In this document: one piece after another, positions 41,096 through 54,408 of the stretch | How positions within the stretch are numbered: the stretch's first letter is position 1 | How the letters are laid out: each line of letters begins with the position of its first letter | Assembly (NCBI GenBank): GCA_951406725.2 | Contig: OX597817.1 | Span: 67,456,001-67,520,000 of the forward strand | Direction of reading: 5' to 3' | Length of the DNA: 64,000 nt | Origin: Octopus vulgaris | Taxonomy: Eukaryota | Notes under the pieces: generated by a model | Told to the model about the DNA's origin: nothing | Databases searched by the model: none | What the model saw: the letters and a program-made list of their open reading frames with translations, nothing else | Made by a program: the position numbers and the translations under genes

Positions 41096-41468
41096 AATAT
41101 AGATACATACATACATGCACACATACATATATACATATACACATATAAACATACGTTCATATAAATATATATATAGCAGCATGACATAGCATTCGCATAG
41201 GGAAGAGTGAGAGTCATAGTTAACTTTCCAAAACACGATTGAATATCTAAAGACAAAAATACCATTTGTTTCAAAAATTATCAAAGGATATAAATAACAA
41301 TTGCAACTGTCGAAATGATAAAGTGAGCCTTATGTTAATATTTTGTTTTCTTTTGTTTATTTTGTGTATGTATGTATGTATGTATGTATGTATGTATGTA
41401 TGTATGTATGTATGTATGTATGTATGTGTGTGTGTGTATGTATGTATGTATGTATGTATGTACGTGTG

Positions 41469-41506
<38 letters not shown>

Positions 41507-42038
41507 TATACATGCATATATATATACATATATATTTATTCCTATATATATATATATATATATATATGTATACATACATGTATACATGCATATATACATA
41601 CCTATATATATACATACATATATATATATAATCACATACATATATATATATATACACACACATTATATATATACCTATACACATATGTAAGTATATGTAC
41701 GAAGTGTTAAGCATGACATATGCATTTGTATGTATGTGCGTGTGTGTGTGTGTTTATGCATGTTTGTCTATTATATGCATGTATAAAAAAAAATGGAAGG
41801 ATTAGGGAGTGTAAAGCGGAAGGGGAAAGAGAGTAGAGAGAAAAATATGAGAAAGCAATTGCCTCTGGCATAATAACAGAAAGTATGTAAAGTATACGGT
41901 TACTGGGAGAGGTGTAACTGTATGTGACTTTGTGAATTGGTGTAGAAAATAGAGAATTCAATTTTGTCATAGGAAAAGTTTATTATTTTCTTTACTATTG
42001 CCGTTATCCCTGTGATTGTGTATGTATATGTACCTTTG

Positions 42039-42077
<39 letters not shown>

Positions 42078-42501
42078 TATGTGTTTTGTTCAGGGTTTGT
42101 AAAAGTGTGTATAGAGAAATATATTAGTCTATCAGATTCCGACACAGTCCGTTTTTCACGTTTTATTTTTATGTTTGCACTTTTACAATGATACATATTA
42201 CAATGTTGCAAGCACTTTCATGTTTTATAGAAAGTAACAAAGTAAAAAAATACGTAATTTTTCAAATCAAAACAATAAGCAATAAATATACTTTCTTGTT
42301 ATTAACAATCTTCAGGTAAATGTTTATGGAGTCGCGACCCTAACAAATAGCAAACGTGCTTCACTTTTGAGATCTGTACTAAAATAACAGAATCATTCCT
42401 TTAAATCGTATCAGTTTGATGAACGCTGTTACACAGTTTAGATTGATCGAACTTATACATACAAACATTTTAACCAGTTAGAAACACCTCCATTAATAAT
42501 A

Positions 42502-42716
42502 ATTTCTAATAAAGGAACAAGGCCTGAAATTTGGGGTGGGGGATAATTAGTCGATTACATCGAACCCAGTGCATAATTGTTATTTAATTCATTGATCCCG
42601 AAAGGATGAAAGGCAAAATCGACCTTGACGGAATTTGAATTCAGAACGTAAAGACGGACGAAATGCCGCTGAGCATTTTGTCCGGCGTGCTAACTATTCT
42701 GCTAACTCACCGCTTT
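42502..42716 (-). mobile_element. SINE family B
   Basis: GATCCCGAAAGGATGAAAGGCAAAATCGACC..AATTTGAATTCAGAACG. Confidence 0.8.
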
Positions 42717-42784
42717 CACTTCAATTAATAATACTGTTGATATTACCACAGGTTTTGAGTAAAATTAAACTTTAAATTAATATT

Positions 42785-43142
42785 AATCTTCCTGGTAGCA
42801 AGTTTATTGAAAGGTGGATGAATATCACAAGAATGGTCAGTATGAACGGACCAATTCTGAGGATACACCTGTGAAAAATTAAAAGGAAATATAAAAGGAG
42901 AAAGGGTCTCTCTACCCCACTTTTGACCAGGCTCCCGTGGCTTTTATGGGTTTTCCACGAGTAACCTTTCGAAGCGCCTCCTCCTATTGGGAGTTTTAAT
43001 TGTAACTTATATTTCGTTGTTATCCTGCTTTTGTACACAGACTTTTTTCAAACGGACAAAACCATTTGTAACTTTCGTCCTGTGTTTTGTCCCTTTATGT
43101 TTTAATTGATTTTTGTTAGCCCTTGTGGCCAATAAACGAATT
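42785..43142 (+). mobile_element. Putative L1/Tx1-like LINE 3' end
   Basis: Short terminal peptide LPGSKFIERWMNITRMVSMNGPILRIHL*, then a UTR ending TTAGCCCTTGTGGCCAATAAACGAAT and (TTA)n. Confidence 0.5.
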
Positions 43143-43153
43143 TATTATTATTA

Positions 43154-43214
<61 letters not shown>

Positions 43215-43289
43215 CCGCCGAGGTTGAATTTCCCCTTCATCCTTTCGGAGTCAATGACATAAATTTTGTTGTTTAGTTAAACTTAGCCT

Positions 43290-43680
43290 TTGTCAACAAT
43301 TTCTCCAACATTTTGGTTGCCTTTTACTTTGAACAAGTGTACCGTCAGTAATTATATATAATATTTTTAGTTCGTTACTTTGATGCCAGATAATTTGGAC
43401 TTAGTGACGTTAAAAATGTTTTGGCGATTTTGATAGACTATGATATTCCGGTTTGGTGTTCTTTCTTGGGTTGCTCTAAGTTGTTCTAAAGGAATTTGTT
43501 AAGCATGTTGTATACCGTTTTCTATAAATAAGGATGAATGTTTTTCTTTCAACAGAGATCCCTTGAGTTCTGTGAGTCGTTTGTCTCTGGTATCTATTTA
43601 AAAAACGACAGTACAAATTCTCCTGACTAGGCTGTATGGGTGTATGGAATATTGTTTTGCATGCGCTGGCAGAACTTACT
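43290..43680 (-). mobile_element. Old PLE RT-thumb/linker remnant
   Basis: Across frames: NIPY..RRICTVV..DKRLTELKGSLL..IENGIQHA..QSKRQPK, homologous to 61141-61500. Confidence 0.65.
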
Positions 43681-44884
43681 CTGTGTAAATGATTGACTCT
43701 CTTGGCCAATGAGCCATTTTGTAACACCTGCTTATCAAATATATATATTAAAAAAAAACATATTTACTCATGTTTTGAGTTATATTTTTCTGTCAATCTG
43801 TACAACCAGATAGTTATTACTAGTCTTCGTTTTTAATATTTTCATATATCAAATAAAATAACAAGAATGTAACGCTTCTTTGACTTCGTAGATATAGGAA
43901 GGTTATAACTCGTTTACCCTTTTAATGGCTTCATGCATCAAAAGCTGAACCTCCGCCTCATTAAGTATGTTGACACTAACTTGACAACTATGATATAGTC
44001 ACGATGACTTGCATGTTTTGCCGATTGAACGCAAATATGCTAACCACTATTGTATTCATCACAAAATACCAAGTTCTCTATCTGCTGAAATGCATTAAAA
44101 TTGAATATGCAAGTCATCATTTTGAATCTTACTGTCCACCTTGTATATGATTAGTTTTTTCGGGTATTGACATGTATCCATCTAGTTCTGCCAATTCCCT
44201 AGTCTATGTTCTTTCTTGTCCATTTTTTTTTTGGCCCTGATTGTATATTCGGTCACTCTCTATGAGTCAATCTTGACATCGTTTTAGACATAGTGTATCT
44301 AGGATGATTTGTCCTAGATACTGTATGTCTGAAAAATAATATATTGCCCAATAAAAGATGTAGCTAGATAAAAAGTTGGTTGTTATTTCTTAGAAACCAG
44401 GAGTCAATGTATTTATTTTCGTTGTGAACACCGTGATAATTATTTCACAAAATATTTTCGCCTTAAACATTTATACTGTCAAGTATATTTGCCTTAATAT
44501 TTATAAAAAGGAAAACAAAACTCACAAGTTGTATTTTGTTTGAACTTACAGTTTAGTTTTTTGTCTGCCTGTTTGAAACAAAGTACCTTGTTTGTCAAAT
44601 TAGAAGAAAAAGAAGGATTAGCTAATAAATTATTTTAAAATGCTAGCTAGTTAACAGTTTATTTTTTTACGGTATGATTTTTTTTTTGTCTAAATTGAGA
44701 AACAACCGACTTGGTTTCTAATAAGAAGACTACGAACCAAACTGTAAATAAAGCAAAGCAATACTTTAGACACTGCTTAATGCGGTTCCGCTAACCCACA
44801 CAGACAATTTAATTGATTCTCTAATGTTTTGAAGTGTAAATGTACATGAATGCTTATATGTAACTATGTATATACGAATGTGAA

Positions 44885-45216
44885 GGCGCGTGGCTCAGTG
44901 GTTAGAGCGTCGAGCTTACGATCGTTAGGTTGTGAGCTCGAATCCCGGACCGAGCTGCGTGTTGTGTTCTTGAGCAAGACACTTTATTTCACGTTGCTCC
45001 AGTTCACTCGGCTGTAGAAATGAGTTGCGACGTCACAGGTGCCAAGCTGTATCGGCCCTTGCCTTTCCCTTGGACAATATCGGTGACGTGGAGAGGGGAG
45101 GCCGGTATGCATGGGCGACTGCTGGTCTTCCATGAAACAACCTTGCCCAGACTTGTGCCTCAGAGAGTAACTCTCTAGGTGCAAACCCATGGTCAGTGTC
45201 TGACCGAAGGGGGTCA
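44885..45216 (+). mobile_element. SINE family D (tRNA-derived head)
   Basis: GGCGCGTGGCTCAGTGGTTAGAGCG..GAGCTCGAATCCC, then GTGTTGTGTTCTTGAGCAAGACACT. Confidence 0.85.
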
Positions 45217-45779
45217 CTATGTCACTATATACGAATATGTGTGTGTGTGTGTGTGTGCATTTGCCCCAGATTTTTGGTCATTTCGTGACTGATCCACATT
45301 CATTTTTCACTGTAGCTGTATATCTGTGTTCTTTTGTGGTATTGCTCCTAACAACCTCTGTCTTTTACTGTCATTGTAGCACTACCTCCGCATGTATTAT
45401 TTGAAGTATTATAGTTCAGTTCCTAACAAATTTTCTGATTCTTTTCTTTACCTCACTTTTTTATCTTTCATCCCCTCAAACTGCCCCTCTCCTTTTCATA
45501 CGACTTCAAATCTTCAACCTCATTTCCATTCATTTGCTCATTCTCATATTAAGAACAAAACTGGCTGAACTATAACTTCTAGGCAAGTAAGGTTTACATT
45601 GACTGATGTTTACTTGATACCAACCAGTTCCAGTTTCCAAAATCCCAAGAAGCCATTGGGGTATTTTTACTGTAATAAATAACAAATAAGGTATTTTAAA
45701 ATGTATGAGTAACATTAAATTAAATTAAAATTTCGGCGATACTAGAGATTAGAATAGCAAATTACGAAATGCTTTGATT

Positions 45780-46110
45780 ATCAAAAACTTCCCGTTCTTT
45801 AAGTACTTAAACGAGACACGTTTCAAGGGGTGGCTCATATTCTCATTCCCTACTGAGGTCTGATACAGCAGCTTTCCAGTTGGAATGGTGCGCTATTTCC
45901 TGAAGAAGATTGGTCTGGAACCCACACAACTAAAGAAAGCCAGCAACGAGATAGGAATGACAGCTGTAACTAGTTCAAGGTAGCTGAGGTTGATAAGCGA
46001 CTGTAGGCAAATATTAATTCAGTCCTCGCTCACTCAAGCGAAGCGTCCTGGATAAGGGGGAAAATACTTGTGACTCTGTAATACCTGCTGACGATACGGA
46101 AGGGTTTCCG
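45780..46110 (+). mobile_element. Possible HERO/NeSL-type RLE retrotransposon 3' remnant
   Basis: GWLIFSFPTEV*YSSF..RYFLKKIGL..LKKASNEIGMTAVTSSR* resembles the GW..FPVEVGCRGF..AE..S.WLW C-terminus. Confidence 0.4.
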
Positions 46111-47836
46111 ACATTGCAATAGATTCAGAAGACGAACTTCCAAAACCTCTACGTAGTCCCTGCAGTTTCTGCGTATGCAAAGCATCTCCGATAATTCGTC
46201 AGTATCTGCTCGAGTTTGAATATTTTTAACCTGCGCACGCCATCCATCTCAATCCCGTATTAGTTAAGGGAGGTCTTCGGGGAAGCATCCAGTGTTTCAT
46301 TATTTCACTATTACCACATGTCATCGGTCATCATATTGCGAACCACAATATGAATTTTGCTCATCCTGCTCTCATTCACTCGTTCACTCGTTCACTCACT
46401 CAATCATTCTTTATTTCATGCTTATACACAAGGTAGTGAGATCTTTGGTTACATGTCAATAAAATAAGGAAACAGATAAATCGTAGAATGTTACATCAGA
46501 AGTGCTATTTGATTATTATTCGAAATCATGTGAACGGAGACGATACAATGTCTCATATGAGCTTGGCGGTAGTTGAGCATTTTAAAACATTTTTATTGTT
46601 ATGTGCAAACATGCTCATTAATATTAATTTATATCATTGATTTACTATTCTTAAATTTAAACTATAATCTGTATTTCTTTACATTATATAAAACTATTCT
46701 GTTTTAATATCAATCGATTTTTTCTCTGTCCTTTGTATAGATCATTTCATAATTCAATTTCAAATATATTCATATTTATATGGCAGAGATAGACATAACA
46801 CTCGACATTATCCATGCAATTCATGGAAAGAAACTCCCGCCCGAGGTTTTTAAAATGTATATTAAAAAAATAAAACAGACAAGAGAAATAACTTCAGAAC
46901 ATGAATTTCAGTAAATCATGGCCTAACTACTCAGTTGGTATGACTGTGTGTTCCTGTGTTTATATGTGTATGTGAGTGGAAATGAAGAAGAAGAAGAAGA
47001 AGAAGAAGAAGAAGAGTGGGGGGACAAGGTATAAAATAGGGAGTATCGTTGCAGCAAACAAAACAAGTAGAGCCAGAATGTTGGTAGTCATGCAAAGACA
47101 TTTAGCAAGGGTGTAAAAACGTGCTCTGTATTTTAATGGATATAAGTTGACAGATGATGGCTTAGGTAACTAAACGAACCGGTAACTGGAACTATTCACC
47201 TGCAGAAAAGGTATGCGATATACAATTAAGGCTGTACTGTTAAACCTATAGTTCAAGAGCAGCTTGGAGAAATGGTGGAAATAGGAGAGAATGGAAGAGT
47301 AAAGTATCCTTAGCCATTTTTTTTTTTTTTGAAAGCCTTTGTATGTTCATTTATTTCGTTATTTGGGTTCCGTATGTTAATTTACTTTAAATCAGCCCGA
47401 GCTGAATGGGTGCTGAGTTTATAGAAGGGCCAGGCACGTCTAAATGTCAAGTCATTGGAGGGTTCGATGTTTTTTGTTCTGCTTTTTTCCTATTTCTCCT
47501 CTCATGAATCTTATGTTTTGTGTGTGGTTGTGTGCTTGTGGGTTTATTTTTTCGGGTATTTTGCTTTTGTTCTTTCTTGTTGTTGCCTAGAAGCATACTC
47601 TGCTTCACTGCTCGTTCGTTCAGCTCATTTAAGTTGGAATATTAGCTTTCCAGGGATCTCGAAAGAAAAGGATGCATTTTTTTATTAGTTATGTGCGTGT
47701 GTGCGTGTAGTTGAAAATAATCACAAGGTCTCAAAATTAATTTAGACAATGTGCAAGGACACACACACATAAACAAGAGTATGCACGCACATATTTCTAT
47801 ACTATATGACTAAGTGTGTATAATTCTCTAAGTGAC

Positions 47837-47872
<36 letters not shown>

Positions 47873-47914
47873 ACACACACATACACAGAGTTCTGTTAAA
47901 TGTGGTATCTTTTT

Positions 47915-48274
47915 CATCTTTCGTTTGTTTCAGTTATCAGATTTCGGCTATGCTGGGGCTCTACCTTCAAGAATTTTAACATGATGAATTAATACCAGTG
48001 CTTATTTTTTTTTAAAGTCCGGAACTAATTCTATCGGTCTCCTTTGCGGAACCTCTAAGTTATGGGGACGTAAACAAACCAACACCGGTTGTCACGCATT
48101 GGCACACATATATACATACACACATACACACAATATATATGTATATTTATACAACAGGTTTTCTTCAGTTTCCGTCTACAAAACTACTCACACGGCTTTA
48201 TTCAGTCCATGGCTGCTGTAGAACCTTGCCCAAGGTGCTATGTGGCTGGGAAGCGAACTCCTTACTCCACAACC
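47915..48274 (-). mobile_element. Old SINE family A copy
   Basis: Degenerate match (TTCTATCGGTCTC, GGGGACGTAAACA, TTCAGTTTCCGTCTAC). Confidence 0.7.
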
Positions 48275-48811
48275 ATATAAATATATGCATGTAGGTAAAC
48301 ACACACACACACACAAACCTGCACTGAAATACAGTAGAATTAGTATGGCATGAGGAAGATCATTGTTCAAATGTATACTCGACATGCGTAAAGCACAGAA
48401 TGGATATAAATTCATTATCAGTCAACGTTACGGATGACACATGCAGGTCTTAGAGGGGAACAAAACGTAGATGAGTTACCCGAACTTTCTGAGCATGTCC
48501 CACAGTAAATCGCGGTTGTCGGAATCAAAGACTTTACACGGGTCAAAGATGTCAGAGTAAATCTCTTACTTTTCCTGAGAATTGTCGTGCCTCAAGGATC
48601 ATTTCGACCGAAAGCAGCCTCGAGACTTGGGAAACACTCTTGAAGCTGTTCTGGAAAAAGAGACATAATTGGTGATGAGCGAAGATTTTTTTTTTTCCTG
48701 TGACTTCTGAGATTGTTATACTTGAGCTGTTATTACACTTAGAGCAACCAGTTTTCTTGCTAAATACACTGAAACAGATTGAGCTCCTTTGTCAGGTTCA
48801 CTCTACATCTT

Positions 48812-49050
48812 TTATTTTTTTTACTTGTTTCAGTCATTAGATTGCGGCCATGCTGGAGCACCGCCTTGAATAATTTTTTAGTCGCATGAATCAATCCCAG
48901 TACTTATTCTTTTGTTAAGCCCGGTACTTATTCTATCGTTCTGTTTTGCCGAACCGCTAGATTACGGGAACGTAAACACACCAGCACCGATTGTCAAGGG
49001 GTGGTGGAAGACAACACAAACACAATGCACTCACACACACGTAGATATAT

Positions 49051-49115
<65 letters not shown>

Positions 49116-49178
49116 CGACTGGCTTCCTTCTGTTTCCGTCGACCAAATCCACTCACAAGGCTTCTTACCACACAGCCA
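48812..49178 (-). mobile_element. SINE family A, diverged
   Basis: TGCGGCCATGCTGGAGCACCGCC..CCAAATCCACTCACAAGGC. Confidence 0.8.
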
Positions 49179-49421
49179 TTATATGTTTCAAAAGATACTG
49201 TTGCGCTAGGTTCACCTGAGAATTAATTACTTTGATTGTATGAGTATCTGGGGAATATTTAAACATTGCCACATTCATTCAGAGCAGGTAAACTCAGTTT
49301 TCGAACAACTGAAACTTCATCGTTCAAACCGACAGAGAACCATTCACACACACACACACACAGATACACACACACACACACACACACAAAACACATACAC
49401 GTATGTATGTAAACGCGTTTA

Positions 49422-49457
<36 letters not shown>

Positions 49458-49856
49458 CGTGCGTTTCTGCGTGTGTACAGAGCAGTTTTGTAGCGGTAAG
49501 GCAATTGTGGTAGCTTACTGGATCGGGTTGTTAAAAGTTGAGCTATATAGATGGATGGGCAACGGGTAGAAGAAAACGAGGAGGTTTGCTGAGAATAAAT
49601 AAATAAATAAATAATGGACGAATGAATTTGCTAGAGAGGGGTTTGTGAAAGGTGTAACTGAAAGAGGGCAAAAAGAAAAAAGAAAAACATATATAGAAAG
49701 TATAAAAACCCTAGAGAAATTGAAAGCAGACGAAAGAAGGAGGGTATCCACCATCACAACCACCACTACCACAATGGGGTGGAGACTGTTTTTGTTGATA
49801 TTTTCTGTCTTTTTGTTGAGAATGAAGTGAGAGAATGACCAAGTCTGAGAGGGGAC

Positions 49857-49937
<81 letters not shown>

Positions 49938-50469
49938 TAGTAAAAGTGAGATAGAAACAGAAAAAAGAGAGAGAAAGAAGGAGAAGGGAATAGATAAAAA
50001 AGGAATGGGGGATGGAAGAGAAAGCAAAAATACAGTAGTTATAAGAAAATTGGCTGTTTGGAAATAAAGGACTTTTTGAAGAAAGTGAAATAGTAGAAGT
50101 ATATGTGGTGGTCGCAGTGGAGAGGGTTTAAGCTTCAGCCATGTGAAAGGTAAGGAATGTTAAGGATACTGTAAAGAAGACAAGGGAGTGCTAGAGAGAG
50201 AATTACACACTCACATACACACACACACACACACACATACACACACACACACACACACACCACACACGCTTGCATACAGACACACAAAGCATATATAGAT
50301 ATACATGTGTACATACATATAAGTTGGATGACCACTAAGTGAACATCCAATATGCTAGATGTAGACCCCATATGGTCTGACCACTAAGAATGTTCTCAAG
50401 AAAATTCAGCAAACGCCAAAACGTAAGAGAGCAAGACAAATGAAAGAATACAAAATATAAGAATTAGTC

Positions 50470-50988
50470 CATAGTTACCACTTACGTAATATATATGTAA
50501 ATGTCCGCAATTCATCAGTGTGACCATCAAAGCAAAATATAATTTGCAGAACTATACACGGGACGTCCACATGAGATTGAACATGCATATAGTTCTACCA
50601 ATTACATTTGGGGTTATATTTCAAGTCTTCGTTTTGGCGCGCCAAAATATGGGAAATAATTCTGCAGAAAATAATTCTCTGCAGTGACTTTTGCCGGTTA
50701 GAGGACATGGTTATTTAAATTTTACCTGCAAAATTCATTGCAGAGAATTATTTTCTGCAGAATTATTTCCCATATTTTGGCGCGCCAAAATGAAGACTTT
50801 TGAAATATAACCCCAAAAGTAATTGGTAGAAATATAAGCATGTTCAATCTCATGCGGACGTCCCGTGTATAGTTCTGCAAATTATATTTTGCTATGACGG
50901 TCACACTGACGAATTGCGGACATTAACATAGAAAACTTGGCACACGCATAGCGCTGCGTATATGTGCATTACGTAAGCGGTAACTATG
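50470..50988. mobile_element. Palindromic MITE-like (fold-back) element with long diverged arms
   Basis: Termini CATAGTTACC..GGTAACTATG; arms about 50470-50698 and 50723-50988 with substitutions and indels; non-coding. Confidence 0.7.
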
Positions 50989-51402
50989 AAATCGGGTATG
51001 TGACTAATCGTCAGAATAATGAGAAATGTGTCACGCATGTGCGAGCCTACAGAGTTAAAGAGACACATACAATATTTCATTCACCGCATGCAGTTCTCAG
51101 GTTACAGCCATAAAGAATCAGAGTATACAAAGGAGCCATTAAGAAATTTGATAATATATTATGTAATGATAGGAATGGGATTTGCCCACTCTATAGGAAC
51201 AAGTCATGGAACACTATAGAAAGGACAAAAAAGAAAATAGGGAAGGCCAACTCTTGGTATGATAGCCATAAACACCAGAGTGTCATGTTCGTTGACACCA
51301 CCCCTGGAGGTGAACTGGCGTACCGCTTTAGAAGGACTCTAGACAAACTTAAGCTAAGAATTAAGGTTGTTGAAAAGCCAGGCAACCCTATCAAATCTAT
51401 AA

Positions 51403-51813
51403 TTGGTAGAACCTATCCTTTTAGTAGAACCCCATGTACGGATAAGTACTGTATGTAGATTTAGCCCACAAACAAACTGTAAAGCCAGAAATGTAGTCTA
51501 TAGTATAAGATGTATAGAGGGACGATGCAGTAACAAGACAATGACATACGTAGGGGAAACAGCAAGAAGCATAGGAGAGCGGGTAAATGAGCATTGGAGA
51601 CAACCCAAGGAAGGTAAAATCTCATCGATTCTGTACCAACACGCCGAACAGGAACACGAGGGATCAATCAATAACATAGAAATTAAAATATTATCCACAC
51701 AGAGATCAGATGCAACAATTAGACAAATTACAGAAGCTACACACATAATAGAAAATAAACCTAGCCTGAACAGAAAACTAGAATGGAGCACTAACACACA
51801 CCACAACATATGA
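51403..51813 (+). pseudogene. GIY-YIG endonuclease domain of the PLE
   Basis: VVY..YVG motif with conserved R, H, E and N. The upstream frame is broken. Confidence 0.8.
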
Positions 51814-51871
51814 CGATAGAGGATCTTGAAAACATAATAAATACACAGATAAATAAACTAATAGAAATAAA

Positions 51872-51911
<40 letters not shown>

Positions 51912-52279
51912 TATGTATATATATTTTTTTATTTTTTTATTTTTTTTTTACTAAAAAAATTTTTTTTTTAGATTCGATTTATTATTATTATTACTAGTAT
52001 TGTTGTTATACATACAAGCATATGTAATGATAATAATAAGTGGATGTAAACACATGAACAAAATAAGAATAAACAAAAACAACAAAAACAAAATACAAAT
52101 TACATGAACATATATAAACAGAAGATACAAATATTACAGGCATCCCCCCACATACACACACTAAATAAACATAAACGCACATAGAGACATAAGCATGCGC
52201 AAATGAAGACATACAATAGAAATACAAAATGGCTGACGGTTAGTAAGGAGAGACACAAATAAGAAAGAAGAAAACAAAG

Positions 52280-52323
52280 GACCACTGATGCGGTCACAGG
52301 AGTGTGACGAAAGAACTCTGGCC
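52280..52323 (+). ncRNA. Hammerhead-like motif in the PLE 3' region
   Basis: CCA CUGAUGCG GUCAC-AGGAGU-GUGAC GAAA GAACU C UGG. Confidence 0.5.
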
Positions 52324-52469
52324 GAAATAAGATTAAGATTAATGTAAAAAAAAAATAATAAATAACACTGAAGCAAAATAACACCAAATATATAGTGCGT
52401 GTGTTTTTATTGGCTAAACTGGCAAAATGACCATTCCGAAACATAACAATATATATATATATATATATT

Positions 52470-52503
<34 letters not shown>

Positions 52504-52543
52504 TGTATGTATGTATGTATGTATGTATGTATGTATATGTGTA

Positions 52544-52591
<48 letters not shown>

Positions 52592-52684
52592 GTAGAAAGA
52601 GAGATAGATAGATACCCGGGTGAGCACAAAATGTGAAACAAGGTGGAAAAAAGAGTACTCAAATACCAGAGGTAGGGTAATATG

Positions 52685-52804
52685 CTTTATTTAAAAGCAG
52701 CAGAAATATAACAAAAGCTGTTACTCAGAGTTTCACGGTCCCGTTCGTCGGACAGTGAAACTCTGAGTAACAGCTTGTGTTATATTTCTGCTGCTTTAAA
52801 TAAA

Positions 52805-52805
<1 letters not shown>
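52685..52805. repeat. Fold-back (~51-bp arms) between (TA)n tracts, with a tail at 52590-52684
   Basis: Arms 52685-52736 and 52755-52805, with two small differences. Confidence 0.9.
52718..52755 (-). ncRNA. Minimal type I hammerhead with CCGACGA core
   Basis: CUGU CCGACGA ACG-GGAC-CGU GAAA CUC-U-GAG UA ACAG; all three stems close and the predicted cleavage triplet is GUA. Confidence 0.72.
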
Positions 52806-52868
<63 letters not shown>

Positions 52869-52951
52869 ATAATATTAGGGGGTATATCCAAACTTACAGG
52901 GAAAAATTAGATTTAGGATTAAATCAAATTTCACAGTATAAATATAAATCT

Positions 52952-53133
52952 AATTAAATTAGAGATAAAACCACTATTAAACAACTCAAACAGTGATAGA
53001 TATAAACCAACACAATTTAAAATTTTATAATGTATATATATATATTGTATATTATATTAATTCTTTTTTTTTTGTTTTGGTTTACGTCTATCACTGTTTC
53101 AGTTGCCTAATAGTGGTTTTATCTCTAATTTAA

Positions 53134-53135
<2 letters not shown>
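52952..53135. repeat. Diverged fold-back (~59-bp arms) between (TA)n tracts
   Basis: AATTAAATTAGAGATAAAACCACTATTA..CAGTGATAGA..AAACCAA pairs with its inverted copy at 53077-53135; tail at 52865-52951. Confidence 0.85.
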
Positions 53136-53183
<48 letters not shown>

Positions 53184-53186
53184 GTA

Positions 53187-53752
53187 TAGGGGTGGGACAT
53201 AATAATGGAGACACCTTGCATCATAGCTTCATAATTTTTAAATATCTATAAAACAGTCAAAAGCTTGTTTATTTTTATGTATTTTGATTTATTATTAGTA
53301 CTGCTTAATATGTTTTAGCAAAATTGCTGATTCTTTTCAGATATCATCAGAAAAAGGTAATTAAAATTCATTAAAATGACGGATTTATCGGACTTTCAAA
53401 GAAGTCAAATTGTTGATGCTCGTATGGCAGGCGCTAGCATAACGAAAACAGCCGAAATGTTTGGTGTATCAAGAAGTACTGTCTCGAAAGTAATGACAGC
53501 CTTTGAGAAAGAGGGAAAAAATCTCCTCGTCGAAAGAAAACTCCGGAAGAAAACCAAAACTATCAGGTAAGGACCGTCGGACTCTAAAGCGAATTGTTAG
53601 AAAGGGTCACAAAAGTACAGCTCCCAAAATTACTGCAGAGCGTAATGACCACCTTGAGAAACCAGTTTCCACAAAAACTATTCGCCGGGAGCTGCACAAA
53701 TCCTGATTTCAAGGGAGGGCTGCAATCAGAAAACCACTACTTTCAAAAACAA
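53187..53752 (+). mobile_element. Tc1 transposon 5' remnant (TIR region plus HTH transposase fragment)
   Basis: MTDLSDFQRSQIV..GVSRSTVSKV, SGRKPKLSGKDRRTLKRIVRK..VSTKTIRRELH, RAAIRKPLL; frameshifted. Confidence 0.85.
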
Positions 53753-54408
53753 TGAATGAAATAAACATGAAATGGAAAAATCGTATAAATAAAAAGGGTA
53801 TTACTACAGATGTGTACGCCCTCGACTTTGTTGCCTCATAACATCCAGAAAAATGGAAAGTTTTTAACAAAATTTTCTACAAATACCGCTTAGATGTTGT
53901 GACTTCAGAGTATGTAGGGATTTATGGAAAATAATTTTTCCGATGGTGTGGGGAGAGGAATCTTGGAAAATTCACACTGTCTGACTTTTTTCCCCCTCAT
54001 AACTTTCAGGAAGTTGAGTGTCATTTAATGAAAATGTATACAAATCCCTTTCAAACAGCGTAGATTATGAATTTCCACATTTTTTAAAGCCACAGCCTTC
54101 AAAATGATGGGGTGGAGGCATCTTTGTAAGAAAATAGTTTTGGAAAGTCTTTTTTTACACTTCCTCCCTCATCATCTTACTCTGGACCTATTTTGGCCAA
54201 TTTTTCCTTTTTTTTTTTTTTTGCAGTTCAAAACCATAAGAAGAACATTTTCGTTAAAAATAATAATAATAAATTGTTAATAATCTCAGAGGGAAAAGTG
54301 AGTGATTTAAGGGCGACTTGGCTATTGTTTCTAGCACATCCAAAGACAACCCTCCTCGTTTCCTTATCACTCTCGCATGTATTGATGATTTTCAATATTT
54401 TTCCCCAT

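Larger units (their letters stand above)
50990..52450 (+). mobile_element. 5'-truncated Penelope-like element (RT C-terminus, linker, GIY-YIG, 3' pLTR)
   Basis: RIMRNVSR..RMQFSGY; VMFVDTTPGGELA..IKVVEKPG; CKARNVVYSIRC..YVGETARSIGERVNEH..RQITEA..PSLNRKLEW; ends at (TA)n. Confidence 0.88.

Noticed and set aside
43680-43728. 48-nt minus-strand exon with AG and GTAAGT boundaries
   Set aside because: It directly adjoins a decayed PLE fragment, so chance splice-like motifs are likely.
50900-50945. CUGACGA..GAAA hammerhead in the MITE-like arm
   Set aside because: Stems I and III cannot be formed.
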